From assembly GCA_002633005.1 (NCBI GenBank), contig NMRA01000048.1, positions 1,225,206 to 1,289,205 on the forward strand: a DNA stretch of 64,000 bases. Direction: 5' to 3'. Made by a program: the position numbers and the translations under genes. The notes below the pieces were generated by a model, which worked only from the letters and a program-made list of their open reading frames with translations, was not told the DNA's origin and ran no database searches. Below, in pieces: positions 13,292 through 27,054 of this stretch (positions are counted from its first letter, which is position 1; the number at the start of each line of letters is the position of its first letter). This stretch comes from Phoronis australis. Taxonomy: Eukaryota > Animalia > Phoronida.

Positions 13292-14258
13292 GTCAGTAGT
13301 CCCGGAGATTGTGTTTTTGTGCTCACTGCATTTTCACAGTTTCTCTGTTATTTTTGTATACTTGTAGGGCTCAACATAGACAAGTGAAATGTTAATTTTT
13401 GTAAGTTCTATATCATAGCCACAATCTAACAATGTTTTGAGAAAACTCTGGCCATTCACAACAATATTAGAAGCCTTTGGAAAGTAAAAAGATGATCAAT
13501 TTTGGCAATTTGTTTGAAGTTTGGCAACATGGCTGCCGCATTACTGAAATACTCAGAGCTGTGAGCCGTGTTCATAAGCACTTGATTAACTCTGTTCACG
13601 AGTGCGACAGCTGTGTTGTTTTCACCCCCTGTCCATGCTCATTACCAATCTGCAATTCTCTGGTAGTCTTTGTATCCACATTTACAAGTGTGTATANTAC
13701 GGCGAATACGGTAACCATTTTAGTTAGAGGTTACTTTATAAAAAATGAAACCTGTACTTTTTTGTTGATTCTTTCAGTACCTGGTGGTCGTGATTTTGGG
13801 GGAGGTTCTGAAACCAGCATCTGATTTTCATGCTCTGAATAATTGCGTAGTAATTAAAATTGTCATAGATGTTGGGAAATTGAATGGTACCTGCATGTTG
13901 GTTCAAGTAGTATTCGTCTCCTAGTAGCAATATTAGTTTCATCTGTTCATACTTTCATGGGTGGCTTGTCTGAAAACTGTCTGTAAAACGTTTTGTTTCA
14001 ACACTGAACAAATGTGGCTCAGAGGATTCTCTCAGGAAAAGAGTGGCATCAATAAACTGCTCTTGGACAGAATTTGTTTTCTCTCTGTGTAACAATTTTA
14101 GATCTAAGGTGACTGCTAAACTATTCTGACTCTACTACATGAAGTCATGACCATTCCATATTAACTCACTGTTTGCAATGCACTAATGTTAAAACAGATC
14201 AACATGCTACATTGCTCTTGCTTGTCAGCTTTTTACATGTTACTTTCTTCTGCTTCAG

Positions 14259-14582
14259 CCTTTCTATATGCTGCTGCAGCCGTTGGCCCGGTTGTTGGCT
14301 TTGGACTCGGCGCACTCATGCTGGGACTATATGTCGATGTGGTGCCGTTCGGCAAGGATGTGCTGGATGAGCTCACCGAGGAGGACCCCCGTTGGGTTGG
14401 CGCCTGGTGGGGCGGCTTCCTGGTCATAGGCATCGGCTTACTATTGATGGTGACACCTGTGGCCATGTTTCCGAAGACAATTAAATGGGAGAAGAGTAAG
14501 ATGCATTTGGAAGAGGAGTTAGAAAAAGATGCGTCTATGGTGCACACAAGTGAGAACACAGCTTACGGCACCTCGGTCAAAG
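14259..14582 (+). CDS. SLCO5A1: SLCO5A1-like coding exon 2, copy b
   Basis: Same protein as copy a with 4 synonymous differences; lies after the N at 13697. Confidence 0.85.
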
Positions 14583-16450
14583 GTCAGTAGTCCCGGAGAT
14601 TGTGTTTTTGTGCTCACTGCATTTTCACAGTTTCTCTGTTATTTTTGTATACTTGTAGGGCTCAACATAGACAAGTGAAATGTTAATTTTTGTAAGTTCT
14701 ATATCATAGCCACAATCTAACAATGTTTTGAGAAAACTCTGGCCATTCACAACAATATTAGAAGCCTTTGGAAAGTAAAAAGATGATCAATTTTGGCAAT
14801 TTGTTTGAAGTTTGGCAACATGGCTGCCGCATTACTGAAATACTCAGAGCTGTGAGCCGTGTTCATAAGCACTTGATTAACTCTGTTCACGAGTGCGACA
14901 GCTGTGTTGTTTTCACCCCCTGTCCATGCTCATTACCAATCTGCAATTCTCTGGTAGTCTTTGTATCCACATTTACAAGTGTGTATAGTATCCGTACAAT
15001 TGGTCTGTGAAAGCAGCAAATTTTTGCAACGCAGGATGATGTTAGCTCCTAAATTTGTAAGTTTGCTCATATAGTTATTTTGGAACTGAAACTGGAAAAA
15101 TAATATGTGTGAGGATATTTTTAAAGTTTTAATTAATTCAATTTGATTAAAAGTTGGTGCATACTTATCTTATAATACTTATAAACAAACTTAATTTTTT
15201 CGCATGTCGGGCACTCGGAAGTCATTTCTATCACTTTGGGTGAAAGGTCACTGCCTGTTTATTGGTGAAGAGAAGTTCCTGTTCAAATATTGTTTACAGC
15301 CCAGGAGTGTTAATGCTGACAAATTGCATGAAAACTCGTCTAGCTTCGTTAATGAAAAAACATGAAGACAGATTAGAAAGTAGGATCATAAACTATTTGA
15401 AAATTCCTCTTAAGTTGGAGGACATACTTTGGCAGATAAGTGAAATATTTTTTCTAACTATTTTGTCGAAACAATATTTAGCACCAAAGCAATGCTTTAG
15501 TATTTCCTTATTCATTACCATAGCTACCACTAGGCAATATTCTCAACAATATGTAGAAAATTAAATCAATGAGTATCCCGTGCAAACTGTGCCGTCGATC
15601 ACGTGATGAGTGACATCTCAGTGGCCTGCCAAAGTCCTTGAGACGAGGACACAATGTAGTCAACTCAATCCGTGTAAGTCGAGTAATTGATTTAAGTTAC
15701 TACATATTACTTACTCAACTGGATGACAGAAACCATTCATCGTATTCTCAACAATGTTAGGAGCCCTTGCCAGTTGTTTTTAGCCACAATTGGTGTTATG
15801 TCATTGTATTTGGACAATTTTGCTTCAAATTTTTTCTGTTTACAATGAGAAGACTTTGCATCACCCTTTTTGAGAACTACCATGTGTGCGTGGTGTTCCT
15901 ATTTGGCTTGATAGCTTCTTCTGTATCACATCCTGTAGTCTAATTCAGTGCATGTTTGGAGTTAATCATTAATATCATGAGTAGTGGCAAAGCCAGCTTA
16001 GGATTACTGCCTCATTAGTGGACTGGGTTGCTAGGTACATGTGTGAAAACAGATCTGGAGTTTAATTTTGCCAGCCCTGAACTAAAGTCAAACAAGATTG
16101 CCGGTACAAATTTTAAACCGATAAAGAAAGGTCGCGAATGTCGAATTAACGAGCTAGGTACTGTAAGATTATTAATTATGTAGATGAATTCGAAATGCTG
16201 CTCTTATCTGAAGCTCCACATATGTCAGTAAACATTTACACTCTTGATAACATGGCTTAGGAGCTCTTATGTTTTATATATCCTAAATAATCTCATGGAA
16301 ATCCCCTGATCAGTTCTGCATTTAGTTCATCTGTGTCAAATGTTTCCATCGTGTTTGTTGTTTCGTAAAACTGCTACTTTTTCGTAAAAACGCTTTTGTT
16401 CATATTGCCTGTTTGCATACCTCTTTGCATGTCTCATTACTCACTAATCT

Positions 16451-16558
16451 AAAATTATTATTTCAAAGCCCCAAAATTATTATTTCAAAGCCCTAAAATT
16501 ATTATTTCAAAGCCCCAAAATTATTATTTCAAAGCCCTAAAATTCTTATTTCAAAGCG
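16451..16558. repeat. 22-bp minisatellite, ~5 copies
   Basis: AAAATTATTATTTCAAAGCCC(C/T) repeated. Confidence 0.93.
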
Positions 16559-18325
16559 GTAGAGTGTTAATACACTCCTGTCCACAGTGAGCTAATGTTG
16601 ATCCTGCAAATGAGCTTCATGGCCTTTTAGACAACATGATGCAGGCAATATGCATAGTCGTTTTTGCTTGCATGGAAAACACTTTTGGAGAATTGCATGC
16701 TAAATTTGTTTTATATTTTAAAATAGATTATTCAAAACAGTATGTATGGTGCAATTTGTGACCCGATTTGATACAAAACCTAAAAGGTGTTGTGTGAAAT
16801 TCACTTCTAAGATGATGAATATTTGCTCAGGATAATCTAGAAAAGACGTCTTGTTGTGCTAAATCAAGTATTTGTTCTCGAAATCGATCTCGAAACTATT
16901 TTTGACACTTTCCGCTCTACCTTTGTGCGAACTCATGATAAGTGTCTATTATTTTGCGCTCAGGTACACTATGATTTATGTGGATGTCTGTCTAATCTTG
17001 GATTGCACTTGACCCCAGCATTAATGCTATAAGTTCCGAGTTTGAACTTGAAATTTCATTTTTTTTTTCTGTCAAAATCTCAAGTTTTTACTTGATTTTC
17101 TAGCTCTAGGTGTCATCAATTGCAAATTTTGGACCTGACACTCAATATAAACCGTGACATACTCGAGTAGAGAAAACAGGCACTTATCTTGAGTTTGCAC
17201 AAAAACGAAGCGGAAATAAAAAAAGTATTTAGAGTTTGGTTTCTAGTAAAAAGATTAATCGTTGGGGCCGGGTGGTATTTACAAGGGTTTTGATGCTAGT
17301 TAGGGAGAGTTTGGTATCGTCACGCAGTCTGATTGGACAATTTGTTCTCTTCTCTAAATTGGTTTTCTCATCTTCCTGCCTTCTCACAAGGCATCTTTCC
17401 ACAAATCAAACAAGCTCTCAATCCAGTGACATCAACAGCAAAGTTAAACAAATGGCACTGCATGAGTACACGCCTAATGATGATGTCATACTCATTTTTC
17501 TTGGCCTAAAATTATTATCGATGGCTGGCATGTACAGAATTTTCAAGTGCATTTAAAGTAAACAACATCAGTTCGTTTTGACTTGTAAAATGCTTGTTTT
17601 TCACATAGCACAATCACTAATTACTCCTTAAACGCACTGACCTGGACTTTTCCATACCTCATAAACAAATGAGTTCACAAAACTTGTAATGAGATCAATA
17701 GCTATCATACCAACTTCCTGTTTTTATCATCACATCAGTAAGCTAATTTTGGAAAAGCCTCTGACATCAGACACAAACTAAGCAGAAAACAATCCTATAT
17801 GCTGGTCGTGATTAAGATGAATGTGTGCTAGTCTTTGGCTAACACCGGCTCTATAGGTAACTTGTTATCTGTTCATGACATCAGGTCGAATCTACTAGGT
17901 TGTCTATTTATAGAACTCGTTGCTGGTGAGCTGTCACGTTTGTCTGAGGTGGTTTCTCTGTCATGTATGTGACTTGTAGCCTTGATTTAGGATGCATATG
18001 ACACATTGGTCAAAGTTTTATATTGTGATCCCAGTGAGATCAGTTTATGTAATTAGACCTTTAATGAACTTGTCATAGTCACAAGACGAGCAGCGCAGGG
18101 CATGTCATGAAACACATTAATTCACCAAGTTTTACCTCATAACGTACATAGCTGCCTGTTTTGAGAAAATATTTTTGCGCGGATGGGGATCACTGAATGT
18201 TTCTTGCCAAGTGGAATGAGAACCTGTTAAAATCTTCACGTACATAAAACAAAAATAATTAATGAAACTCCAGTGCTTCGAATTTTCACTGTCAATTCAC
18301 TTTCGTACTTATTTACTTGCTTACA

Positions 18326-18410
18326 TACCTACCCACCCACCCACCCACCCGCCCGCCCACCTACCTATCCGCCCACCAACCTACCTACCTACCCACTTAC
18401 TTATTTACCC
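18326..18410. repeat. (ACCY)n-like tetranucleotide low-complexity tract
   Basis: acct/accc repeats seen directly. Confidence 0.8.
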
Positions 18411-18844
18411 CTCGTGTAGTGCCTACCAACTGCCAAGTGTTGTTTTTGGAAGATGTACACCATGTTAATTGTGAAGTAGAATTCTCTTACTGTTTGGAGT
18501 AAACTCTCACCAATTTAGGATAAATGATAACAGAAGCGTGAAATTTCATTTTCTCCCTTTTTTCATGAAAGATAATTATGTAGTACCAATTTAATACCTT
18601 TCCATGCTCAAGTTCTCTACCAAACAATATTTTGAAAAATTATGAGCATTCACTATAGTACAAGAAGCGTTTGAAAAATGAAAAGGAGCAAAATTGTTTA
18701 TCTATTTTTCCGAAATTGTTGATATTTTGCCATACTTTTTAAAGCGATATGTTCAATTGAAGTATCACTGTTTTGTTGTATTTCATCTTGTTAGTGATCG
18801 CTAAGTGGCTTGTTCGTTAGGGTGTTGTCACATGTCATTTCCAG

Positions 18845-19009
18845 ACATTCCAAAGTCTATCCTGTCGCTGCTGAAAAATCCTATCTACTTGCTGACATGC
18901 CTCGGGGTCAGCTGTGAGATCTCCATCGTTAGTGGCTTTGTGGTGTTCTTGCCCAAGTACCTTGAGACTCAGTTTGTGATGGTGCCAGTGACGGCCAATT
19001 TACTCACAG
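18845..19009 (+). CDS. SLCO5A1: SLCO5A1-like coding exon 3
   Basis: DIPKSILSLLKNPIY..FLPKYLETQF..ANLLT; ccag| acceptor and G|gtaaaa donor; 165 nt. Confidence 0.93.
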
Positions 19010-19597
19010 GTAAAAAAGCATTTAAACTGAGACTGCCCGTACATTCACAGGCCCACAAATTTGTTACTATGATGAAACCAGTGTGACAGTTTTAACTCAC
19101 CAAAATACTACCTGCATAGCCCATCCTGGTCATTGTGCAATTGTAGACCACTATTTCTTCTTTTTTGAGAGCCTATTTTGACCTTTTGGCTTTTGGTAAA
19201 TACAAATACAAACAAAGTGAGGTTTGAGTTGGTATTCTGGCGACCTGCCGTTCTTCAGTGTGGAACCTTTGTCAGTAAACATTCTGATTTATATCATCTC
19301 TGTTTGTGGCTGTGTACTAGTTATTGGTCTGGAGCGGTATCTTGTCTATCAATATTAAAAATGTACCTTTTAGTTGTTAACAATACAAAATTTGACTTCT
19401 GATGGAATCCCTACATGAAAAATGCAATGACCGAGATAGAGTTCATTACAAATGTATTTCATAGAAATTCTGGCTAAGTTTCATTTTTGCTCACACAATT
19501 GTGTAGCATTTATAATTTGTTACTTGCCATTGCTGACATCGCGATGCAACTTCTGGTCTTTTGTCTGTTTATTCCTTTGGTTTCCTTTACTCAACAG

Positions 19598-19678
19598 GTG
19601 GCGTGGCCGTTCCTGGAGCTGTCATCGGTATATTGCTTGGTGGTTACGTGATGATGAAGTTCAAGCTGAAATCCAATG
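19598..19678 (+). CDS. SLCO5A1: SLCO5A1-like coding exon 4
   Basis: Manual translation GGVAVPGAVIGILLGGYVMMKFKLKSN; aacag| acceptor and G|gtcagt donor; 81 nt; not in the ORF track in this frame. Confidence 0.9.
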
Positions 19679-20263
19679 GTCAGTTCAGCTTTGCTTTGCT
19701 TTTGTGTATCGACCAAGTTGCTCATGCGAGTCAGTAACCTCATCCCAAACTGGTGTTAAGGGCGCCTTGAACTTTGCGTTATCTACTGCACAATATTATG
19801 TTTCAATATGCTTGCTGTTGCCATGCTGGTCAGCAGATATTCCTGTGTGCTGCATGCATGGTTATCTCTGAGCTTTTTATGCAACAAACATAGTTATGCC
19901 TCCTACTCTTGAGGGTTGAACTGAAACAAGTCAAAAGATTTTTTATTAACCTTGGACAAACCAAAAGCAAAATTAGTGCTGAGAGTTTTGTACTCTTTGT
20001 TTCAAAGCATGCATGCAAAATTCACAACAGGTCTATTTTGCCCATTAGCTTGAGCTTAATGTGAATCATGTTATTCTGCAACAGGAATATAAATGACTAA
20101 GAGATACGTTTTAGAATAAAGAATTGAGTGCCCAGTTGATATTGGCACACCCTTATTGCCTGAATCTTCCCATTGGGGGAACTTGTTTAGTTTGTAGTTT
20201 TAACTACAGAGGGTGCACTAGGCTGTGACACGCAACTCATTTGTGACCTCGTATTTCTTGTAG

Positions 20264-20381
20264 GTGCAGTTCAGCTGACCTTGGCTCTCAACTTTATCGC
20301 TGTAGCCGGCTTCTGCGGACTGTTCTTGCTCGGTTGCCCAAACCCAAAGATTGCTGGTGGCACGCTTCCGTACTATAACAG
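20264..20381 (+). CDS. SLCO5A1: SLCO5A1-like coding exon 5
   Basis: GAVQLTLALNFIAVAGFCGLFLLGCPNPKIAGGTLPYYN; tgtag| acceptor and AG|gtgggg donor; 118 nt. Confidence 0.9.
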
Positions 20382-20916
20382 GTGGGGCTCACGTGGATAT
20401 GTTCTTGTACACCTCACTCGAGGTGACTCCACAGTATTTGTAGGTTCCGTTACACGCATTTTTGCGGAATTGCCCTTATACTCTGCGAAGAGGGCGATTT
20501 TCATCATTTTTAGCAAAGCGTAGGGGACAAAATTGAAAATCAACAGTTAATCATCATATAACATCATTTAGAAATCACATCTGTTTACTTCATGTTGGCT
20601 AGTGATTTTGCATATGGTGTAAAACTTCCGCAATTTAGCATGGCCTCTTCGATTCAGGTTCGTTTTCAGTTTTCCTCTAAGATCATCTCCTTTATTTTAT
20701 TTGGCATTAACTCGCCAAAAAATCTCAATTACCTGCCAGACACCAAATTACCAAAAAGGTAACTTATTGGTGTCCAAAATTGTTCTGTATTTCATTTTCT
20801 GCAATTTCTACACATCCTATTGTCAAAGTCACAATGGAGTTATGTCTCATTCATTTGTCCTTTTTTGAAAACTTTCATGCTATTCAATTTGTTGTAGTTA
20901 GTTTTTTTGTTTCCAG

Positions 20917-21082
20917 CTCAGGCCACCAGATGGAGTCCACGAATCTAACATCTGTGTGTAACAGCAACTGCAAGTGTTCGGACAATGATATTGAGTTGAT
21001 CTGTGGCTCCAATGGCATCACCTATTTCTCACCATGTCATGCTGGCTGTACAACATATTTTGCAGACAACGCCACCCTAAGT
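20917..21082 (+). CDS. SLCO5A1: SLCO5A1-like coding exon 6 (Kazal-like extracellular domain)
   Basis: CNSNCKC..ICGSNGITYFSPCHAGC; ttccag| acceptor and |gtgagt donor; 166 nt. Confidence 0.93.
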
Positions 21083-21161
21083 GTGAGTAAACTGTTGTGT
21101 CTGGCTTGCACTTCTGTACAACATATTTTGCAGACAACGCCACCCTAAGTGTGAGTAAACT
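21046..21161 (+). repeat. 48-bp direct duplication of the exon 6 3' end plus splice donor
   Basis: CTGTACAACATATTTTGCAGACAACGCCACCCTAAGTGTGAGTAAACT at 21046 and 21114. Confidence 0.95.
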
Positions 21162-22159
21162 CTTGCACGTCTGATTGTCTTTATACTTATTTCCTTACAC
21201 TAGATTGGTTGAAGACGCAGACATCGCAGCCGTGTTGTCGGCCATTTTTGTGTACAAGAGAGGCCGCTGCCACTGATCTCGTTAACTCTTGCACTGCCAA
21301 GGGCACCTTTTAGCAACTTTCCAATTAAATGCTGATCAAAGAGTTGAGTTTCATAACAATCCACCTAAAAATAAGATTTTGTTGCGTTTGTGCATCCTGT
21401 GTTCTGTGCATCCTGAAACTTTATTCGGCCTTGAAAAATGCAGTTTTAAAACAAACTTTGCAAGTCTTCCTAAATGTTTAGCTATAAATATTGTTTATCA
21501 ACTTAACAGTGAAGTTTAAAGTTGACAGGTCACTCAACATTTGTCCTTGTGCACATACGAACGTAAAGAATACGAGTGCACGCTCACTCGTAATTCCTTT
21601 GAACTACTGGGCATTTGAATAAAATGTTAAATAAGAGCTTCTAGAAAACAGCATCAGGGATTCTTGTGCAACAGCCAAGACTCACAAAATGTTGCTCAAC
21701 AATACCCTTTGAACATTATGTTTAATGTATGCAGGCGACCGGTGGCCTCTGAAGTCTTGTGTTCGAAACATAGATATAATAGAAACAAATATGTTCATAA
21801 TATATTCTGTTGCATTCAATGCAAAATGTGTCCGTATCCATACACACACTATTGTGAAGTTGTTCTTGAAAGCGCCTTTAAATCACTGCTTTTTCACAGC
21901 CGTCATTGTTTAACGCATGTTTTTCATCGTTGTCATAATATGAGTGTGATTGAGTTCACCTACGATTTACATGTAAATGTGTCTGTTGGGGTGAAACAGT
22001 TATCACAGCCCCTGCAAAATCTAGTTTGGTGATTTGTCATTTCACTGGAATAACGGCAGTTATTTCTTTCACGTGTGATACCACAACACGCCAGGCTTTC
22101 TCTTATTGGTTATATTCTTGCCACATGATTGGTGAATATGCCACCGCTGGTTTGTGGGT

Positions 22160-22432
22160 GTCCTTTCTTCTTGGCCATTTTCAAAGCTCCTCCCTTCCGA
22201 TTACTCTCTTTACCTCTCCTTAGTTTCCTTGTCTTTGCTTTCCCTTGTTGGTCACTTCTAAACTCCCTCCCGATTTCACTCTTCTCCTCTCCCTCCTTTA
22301 ACCCCATCTTTGCTTTCCCTTGTTGGCCATTTTCAAACCCCCTCCCTCCCGATTTCTCTCTCTACCTCTCCTTCCCTTACTGCCATCTCCATTTTCTCTT
22401 TGCCCGTCTACCTTGATCCGTCTATCTCTTTT
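22160..22432. repeat. Polypyrimidine (CT-rich) low-complexity tract with internal repeats
   Basis: C/T-rich; CTTTGCTTTCCCTTGTTGG and CTCCCTCCCGATTTC each occur twice. Confidence 0.7.
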
Positions 22433-25400
22433 TCGTGTTGTCGAATCGTATTATGGTCTTTTCATGGTTTCGCCAAATTACAGGTTCAACAGATAAAGTT
22501 TAAGGTGATTATATGCTTTTGGACGAGTGTGTCGGTTTGTGGCTTAGCTGTTTTCAGTGGTGATCAAGCTCAGCGTAATTGTCTTCTTGCACAAATGACT
22601 TTGACTTGAAAAAAATAAGCCTCAACTAACTAATTATTACACTCTTTTAGATAATGTACGCAGGCAATTTTAGTTAATCATGATTGATCATAAGATTTTT
22701 ATAGAAATTCATATCAGCCATTTCTATGAATTTCAAACGAATGGGTTGATATGCTATAAATGGCTGATAAGAATTCTTTTACTCGGTTGACAAAGTTCTT
22801 ATGCAATCATGATAATTTATGATGATACATGATCAAAACTGGTTTTTCATGATTGGTGCTATGAGCGGTGATCATTTATCATCAGCCTCATATGTATTTA
22901 TATCCCCAGTAGCAGCACCACTGAACCTCCACTACATGGACCTTCTGTCATCAGGTTTTCTAGGCTTGAATTGGCTCTCAATCGCTGTTCACATGCTCCT
23001 GATAGTCAGAAACTTAACTGCTAACGATGCATTAACCATTAATATCATGTCACTTTTAGTATTTGACTTGCTTGTATACAATTTTTGAAGACCACTAGTG
23101 TCTTTAAATCCTTCCAAGTTCATCGGCACATGTGTCGTCCTGGGAGCTTTTTAATTAATTGCTACACGTTTTTGCCATTCTACTGCTATGCTTTTTGCCA
23201 CTGTTGTAATAATTAGCTTTTGGGAATATCAATTTTCTGAGTGAGATCTGCTAAACCTCCTTCGTTTGCCACACTTTAATTTCCGTCTTGCTAAAAATCC
23301 ACTACAAAAATGGCATAGACTTGCACGAGAAGTTAAATTAAACTTCATGCTTTGCCATGAAGCAACCCTTTTTAGTTGGATAGAGCATCGCCCTGTGTGT
23401 ACAAATACTGGAGGTAAAGTAATTTCCTTATCAAACTCTTCACTGAATAATGAGGACAATGGCTGTATTTATAGAGCACTTGATCAGCGCTTATTCCTGG
23501 AATACCTTTACAATCATTAGTTTGAATTGTGTGTTCATTGAAATGCAAGTTCAGTACACTGCAAAAATAATTTGACAAGTGACCTGTTTTGATGGCAAGG
23601 CACAAGTAGAAACGGTCATCATAGTAACCATTGTTCATGATAGGAGTTTACTGGAAAGTTTAGAAGGCCATGGCATAATTCTGCAATTCAGATTTTGCTA
23701 CAGTGACTTGTCATTCCAGTCATTTTTGTAATTAATGGAACTTGTTATAATTATTGAGAAACTGCATTTTTGTATGGACACCAGTGTGCAGTGTGCTGAT
23801 CATTCAAAGAAAATATTGGACTGAGGTGTGCAAGGTAGCATCAAAGTGCTGTCTTAGATAAGTGACTTGTTCGGAACCTTAGCAGCTTGCCATATTGCTT
23901 GTGTGTGAGTTTGAAGTAGATATAGGCTTGGTAGAAATACACGATTATAGCTAAGATTACCCCTCAGGAAGAGTCACCAGGCTTGTCCAGTGTTCAAATC
24001 TGGTGGTAAGCTTTGTTCATGTACTAGGATGGAGACAGACCACCAGGGTTCTCTTGTTCTCATTTAGTTTGATCAAAGTAGTATAATGCTCACTGGAAGT
24101 CAAATGCTGCTTATGCATTAGAGTTAGTCTGGACTAGTTTGTGGTCACTACATATATTTTAGATCAGTGTGATGTACCAAATTGTCACCTTTCTCACTAG
24201 ACCGTACTAACATTCCGCCGTCCTAACTTAAAAGCTTCATCATACTGAACACGAGATGTCACTGCGCTGTACTACAATACCAGGATGTGACACCCACTTC
24301 TATTTGTATTTTGAAACTTTTAAGTTTTAGTACAGTAAACAGTGAGTAGACAGAAATTTCAATAACTTGGAGAGTGCGTACTATAAGTGTGCTCTCTTAT
24401 GAAGTGAGGAGATAATGTAGGACAGTCGAGAAAAATAGTCCGGTCCAAACCTTTCGCATTGCGCTTATAATTGGGCCAACTTTAGTCCACTCGCTAGTCC
24501 AGTCTTTTGGAGTGTTCTATGTAAGTTGAGTACTATACTAAATATATTGAGACTTGTCTAATGGACTGGGTATAAAATCCTTGTGGTCCAGAAAGAATGT
24601 TAGTCCACTGCACTAAATCTGTAATGCCAAAGGCCCTAGTATTGCGCTGTGCCTAGTGGGAATCGCCAAGTAAATATTGCATTGCCACGCATTGTGTGCA
24701 CTAAATTAATGAACTGTTAACCAGGATATTTGTTAATCTAACTATGCTATTGCTTGGGGACCATCCTTTAAGCAGACTAGAGTTGTGTGGTTTGAGTAGG
24801 TTACATCTTTTAATACATATGAAGCACAAGCATACTTGTATCAGCTTTGCAAGTTTTGCTGAAGGATTTCTTTTTTTGAGAACCGCGTTTCGGTATTGGG
24901 CGTCTTTCGTATCTTTGCAGCTGTGTTCAAATTGATTGAAATAGATTTGATTTCATTAGAAGTTGAAATAGTTTAGTAATCCAACTGACGTCAATAACAT
25001 CCTCACAGACGAAATAACATTTGCTTGTGTTTGGGCACAATTTAGGTGTAAGCAAGGCTGTGGTGGTCAACCTCAAGGTTTTGTGAAAAATGTTTGGTCA
25101 TGGTCTGATTAAGATAAGGCCATGTGTTTTGACAAAACAGAATTGGTCAGGCAGAGTAATGAGTGGTTTCACAATGAAAACCCCTGAAAAGCGACCAGTG
25201 CTTGAAATCTTCACTGTGCATACAAATTCACAAATTTGAGAATCATTATCATTTTTAATTAAATTAATCAAAATCAAGAAGGATGCTCTCCAAGTGACAC
25301 ACCTATTGATTACATCATATAAAACATTCGGGTTAACACCTGGGTATTTAAGGTAATTGACTTTTTCGTTACCAAGGATCTTAATATATGTATATATTTT

Positions 25401-26896
25401 AATAAATCACTAAATAAATTGTGTTTACGTATTAAATGTAATCCTCTAAAACTTAAAATCCTTGACAATCTCAGAATCTTGCGTGTATGAAAGCCATGTC
25501 CAAATGTTCATCACAAAATTTTGTTTTTTCTAAGAAGAATGGAATTTTTCAAAGAGATCGCTATATTTTTTACAAACAATGTTTTCACACAAAACCTGCA
25601 AATTCTTGTAGGTGTTTGTGTGTGTGGATGCTCCACTTAAAATTGGGGTAAGTTGTACAAGTGCAAGTTGATCTAGGGTACGCTGTGTATGGACGGGACT
25701 TGAGTCTGGCACAACCATAAAATTGTCTCTCAGGACAAGTCTTGGCTATGTGGCATTTTGCAGAAAACATGCTGTGACCTGTTTTTAGTAAGAAAACATT
25801 TCCATTTCCATCATTTTGATCATTCATTATCTGATATCCTTTATTATAACTCTTAGGTGTCCTCGCTAGGTTTTCACTTTTCAACAAAAAGAGTGAGTAA
25901 ATACAGTGTAATGTGCTGTAGTGTACAGCTATTTATTTATGTAATGTGCTGTAGTGTACAGCTATTTATTTAAGCTCATGGTATATTTAATGTATTGTAG
26001 ATTCATCACAACATATGTATATGCTGTTAAAAGCAAATAAGTTACTACGGGGAATTGAGTTGAAGTTTCATCACCAATCTGTTCAATATGCAAGTTTTAG
26101 TTGTTTAAGGCCCAGCGCACACTATGCACAACATGTCTCAATTCAACTGTTGAGATCAGTGTGATGGATAGGGACTAAATTCAGCTGACACAGTCATGAG
26201 ACTACTTATGTTAACTGAGTTGAGACCAGTTGAGCAGGGTGGTGCATGTTGTTAGGAATATTTAGCAACTGTTAGCTGGGATCAGTCGTGCCATTTGTAT
26301 GCTATGGGCTTAACATTTCATAAACCTTTGCATAAGATGAGATCACCAATATTGACACAATATGGTGGGTGAAGAAGTGAAACTTTATTTTCTAATTTTT
26401 AGAGATGTGCAATACCAAAATAATGTTTTGTCATCTTCAATTTCTTAACCATACCTACCATCTGAAAATACTTTGAACATTGAGGGCATTTGCAACAATG
26501 CTAGAGGCCGACCTTGAAATTGAAGAAATGACAATTTGAACAATTAAATTTGTCCAAAAAGTACCGGGATACTATCACAAGAAAGTCAAAGGAAAATTTT
26601 TTAGTTTTGTTTGTACTAACTGACTCCTAGGTGGGAAGTTGCTGATCAAAAATATGAACAGTGTTTATTTTCCCCTTGAGGAACCAGTTGTCACCCATAG
26701 GTGGAGTTAGGGTGATGACACAATGAAGGGCATAAGTGGCATACCTTTTTTCCTCTTTTTTGTCATTGGTCATTCCAAGCCCTGACCGTATGATGGTAGT
26801 CTTGGCAAAAAAATTAAAACTATGATAGCCTTTATTTAGAATTTAGACTTTCTTATCTTTTTCTAAAAAAATGAAAAAACAAAATCCACATGTTGC

Positions 26897-27054
26897 AGGG
26901 ATGGATCCAGGATTTTGAGTTGGGGCAGGGAGGGGGCAGGGCAGAGTATTAGCCAGGATTTTGCCTATCAGACATTCGCATCCCCGAACTGCCAAATGGA
27001 ATATGAATTTTGGGGGGGACCATGGACCCTTACCCTCTTCTAAATCCACCACTG
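26897..27054 (-). mobile_element. Short MITE-like repeat, shorter copy
   Basis: CAGGGATGGATCCAGGATTTTGAGTTGGGG ... CTAAATCCACCACTG form imperfect TIRs; reverse complement of the 9425-9705 family. Confidence 0.65.

Noticed and set aside
12942-14559. 108-aa minus-strand ORFs, and the Val-rich + ORF at 49490-49729
   Set aside because: Antisense shadows of real exons.
26109-26310. Possible Harbinger-like MITE (TAA-GGCCCA...TGGGCT-TAA)
   Set aside because: The inverted repeat is too short and imperfect, and there is only one copy in the window.
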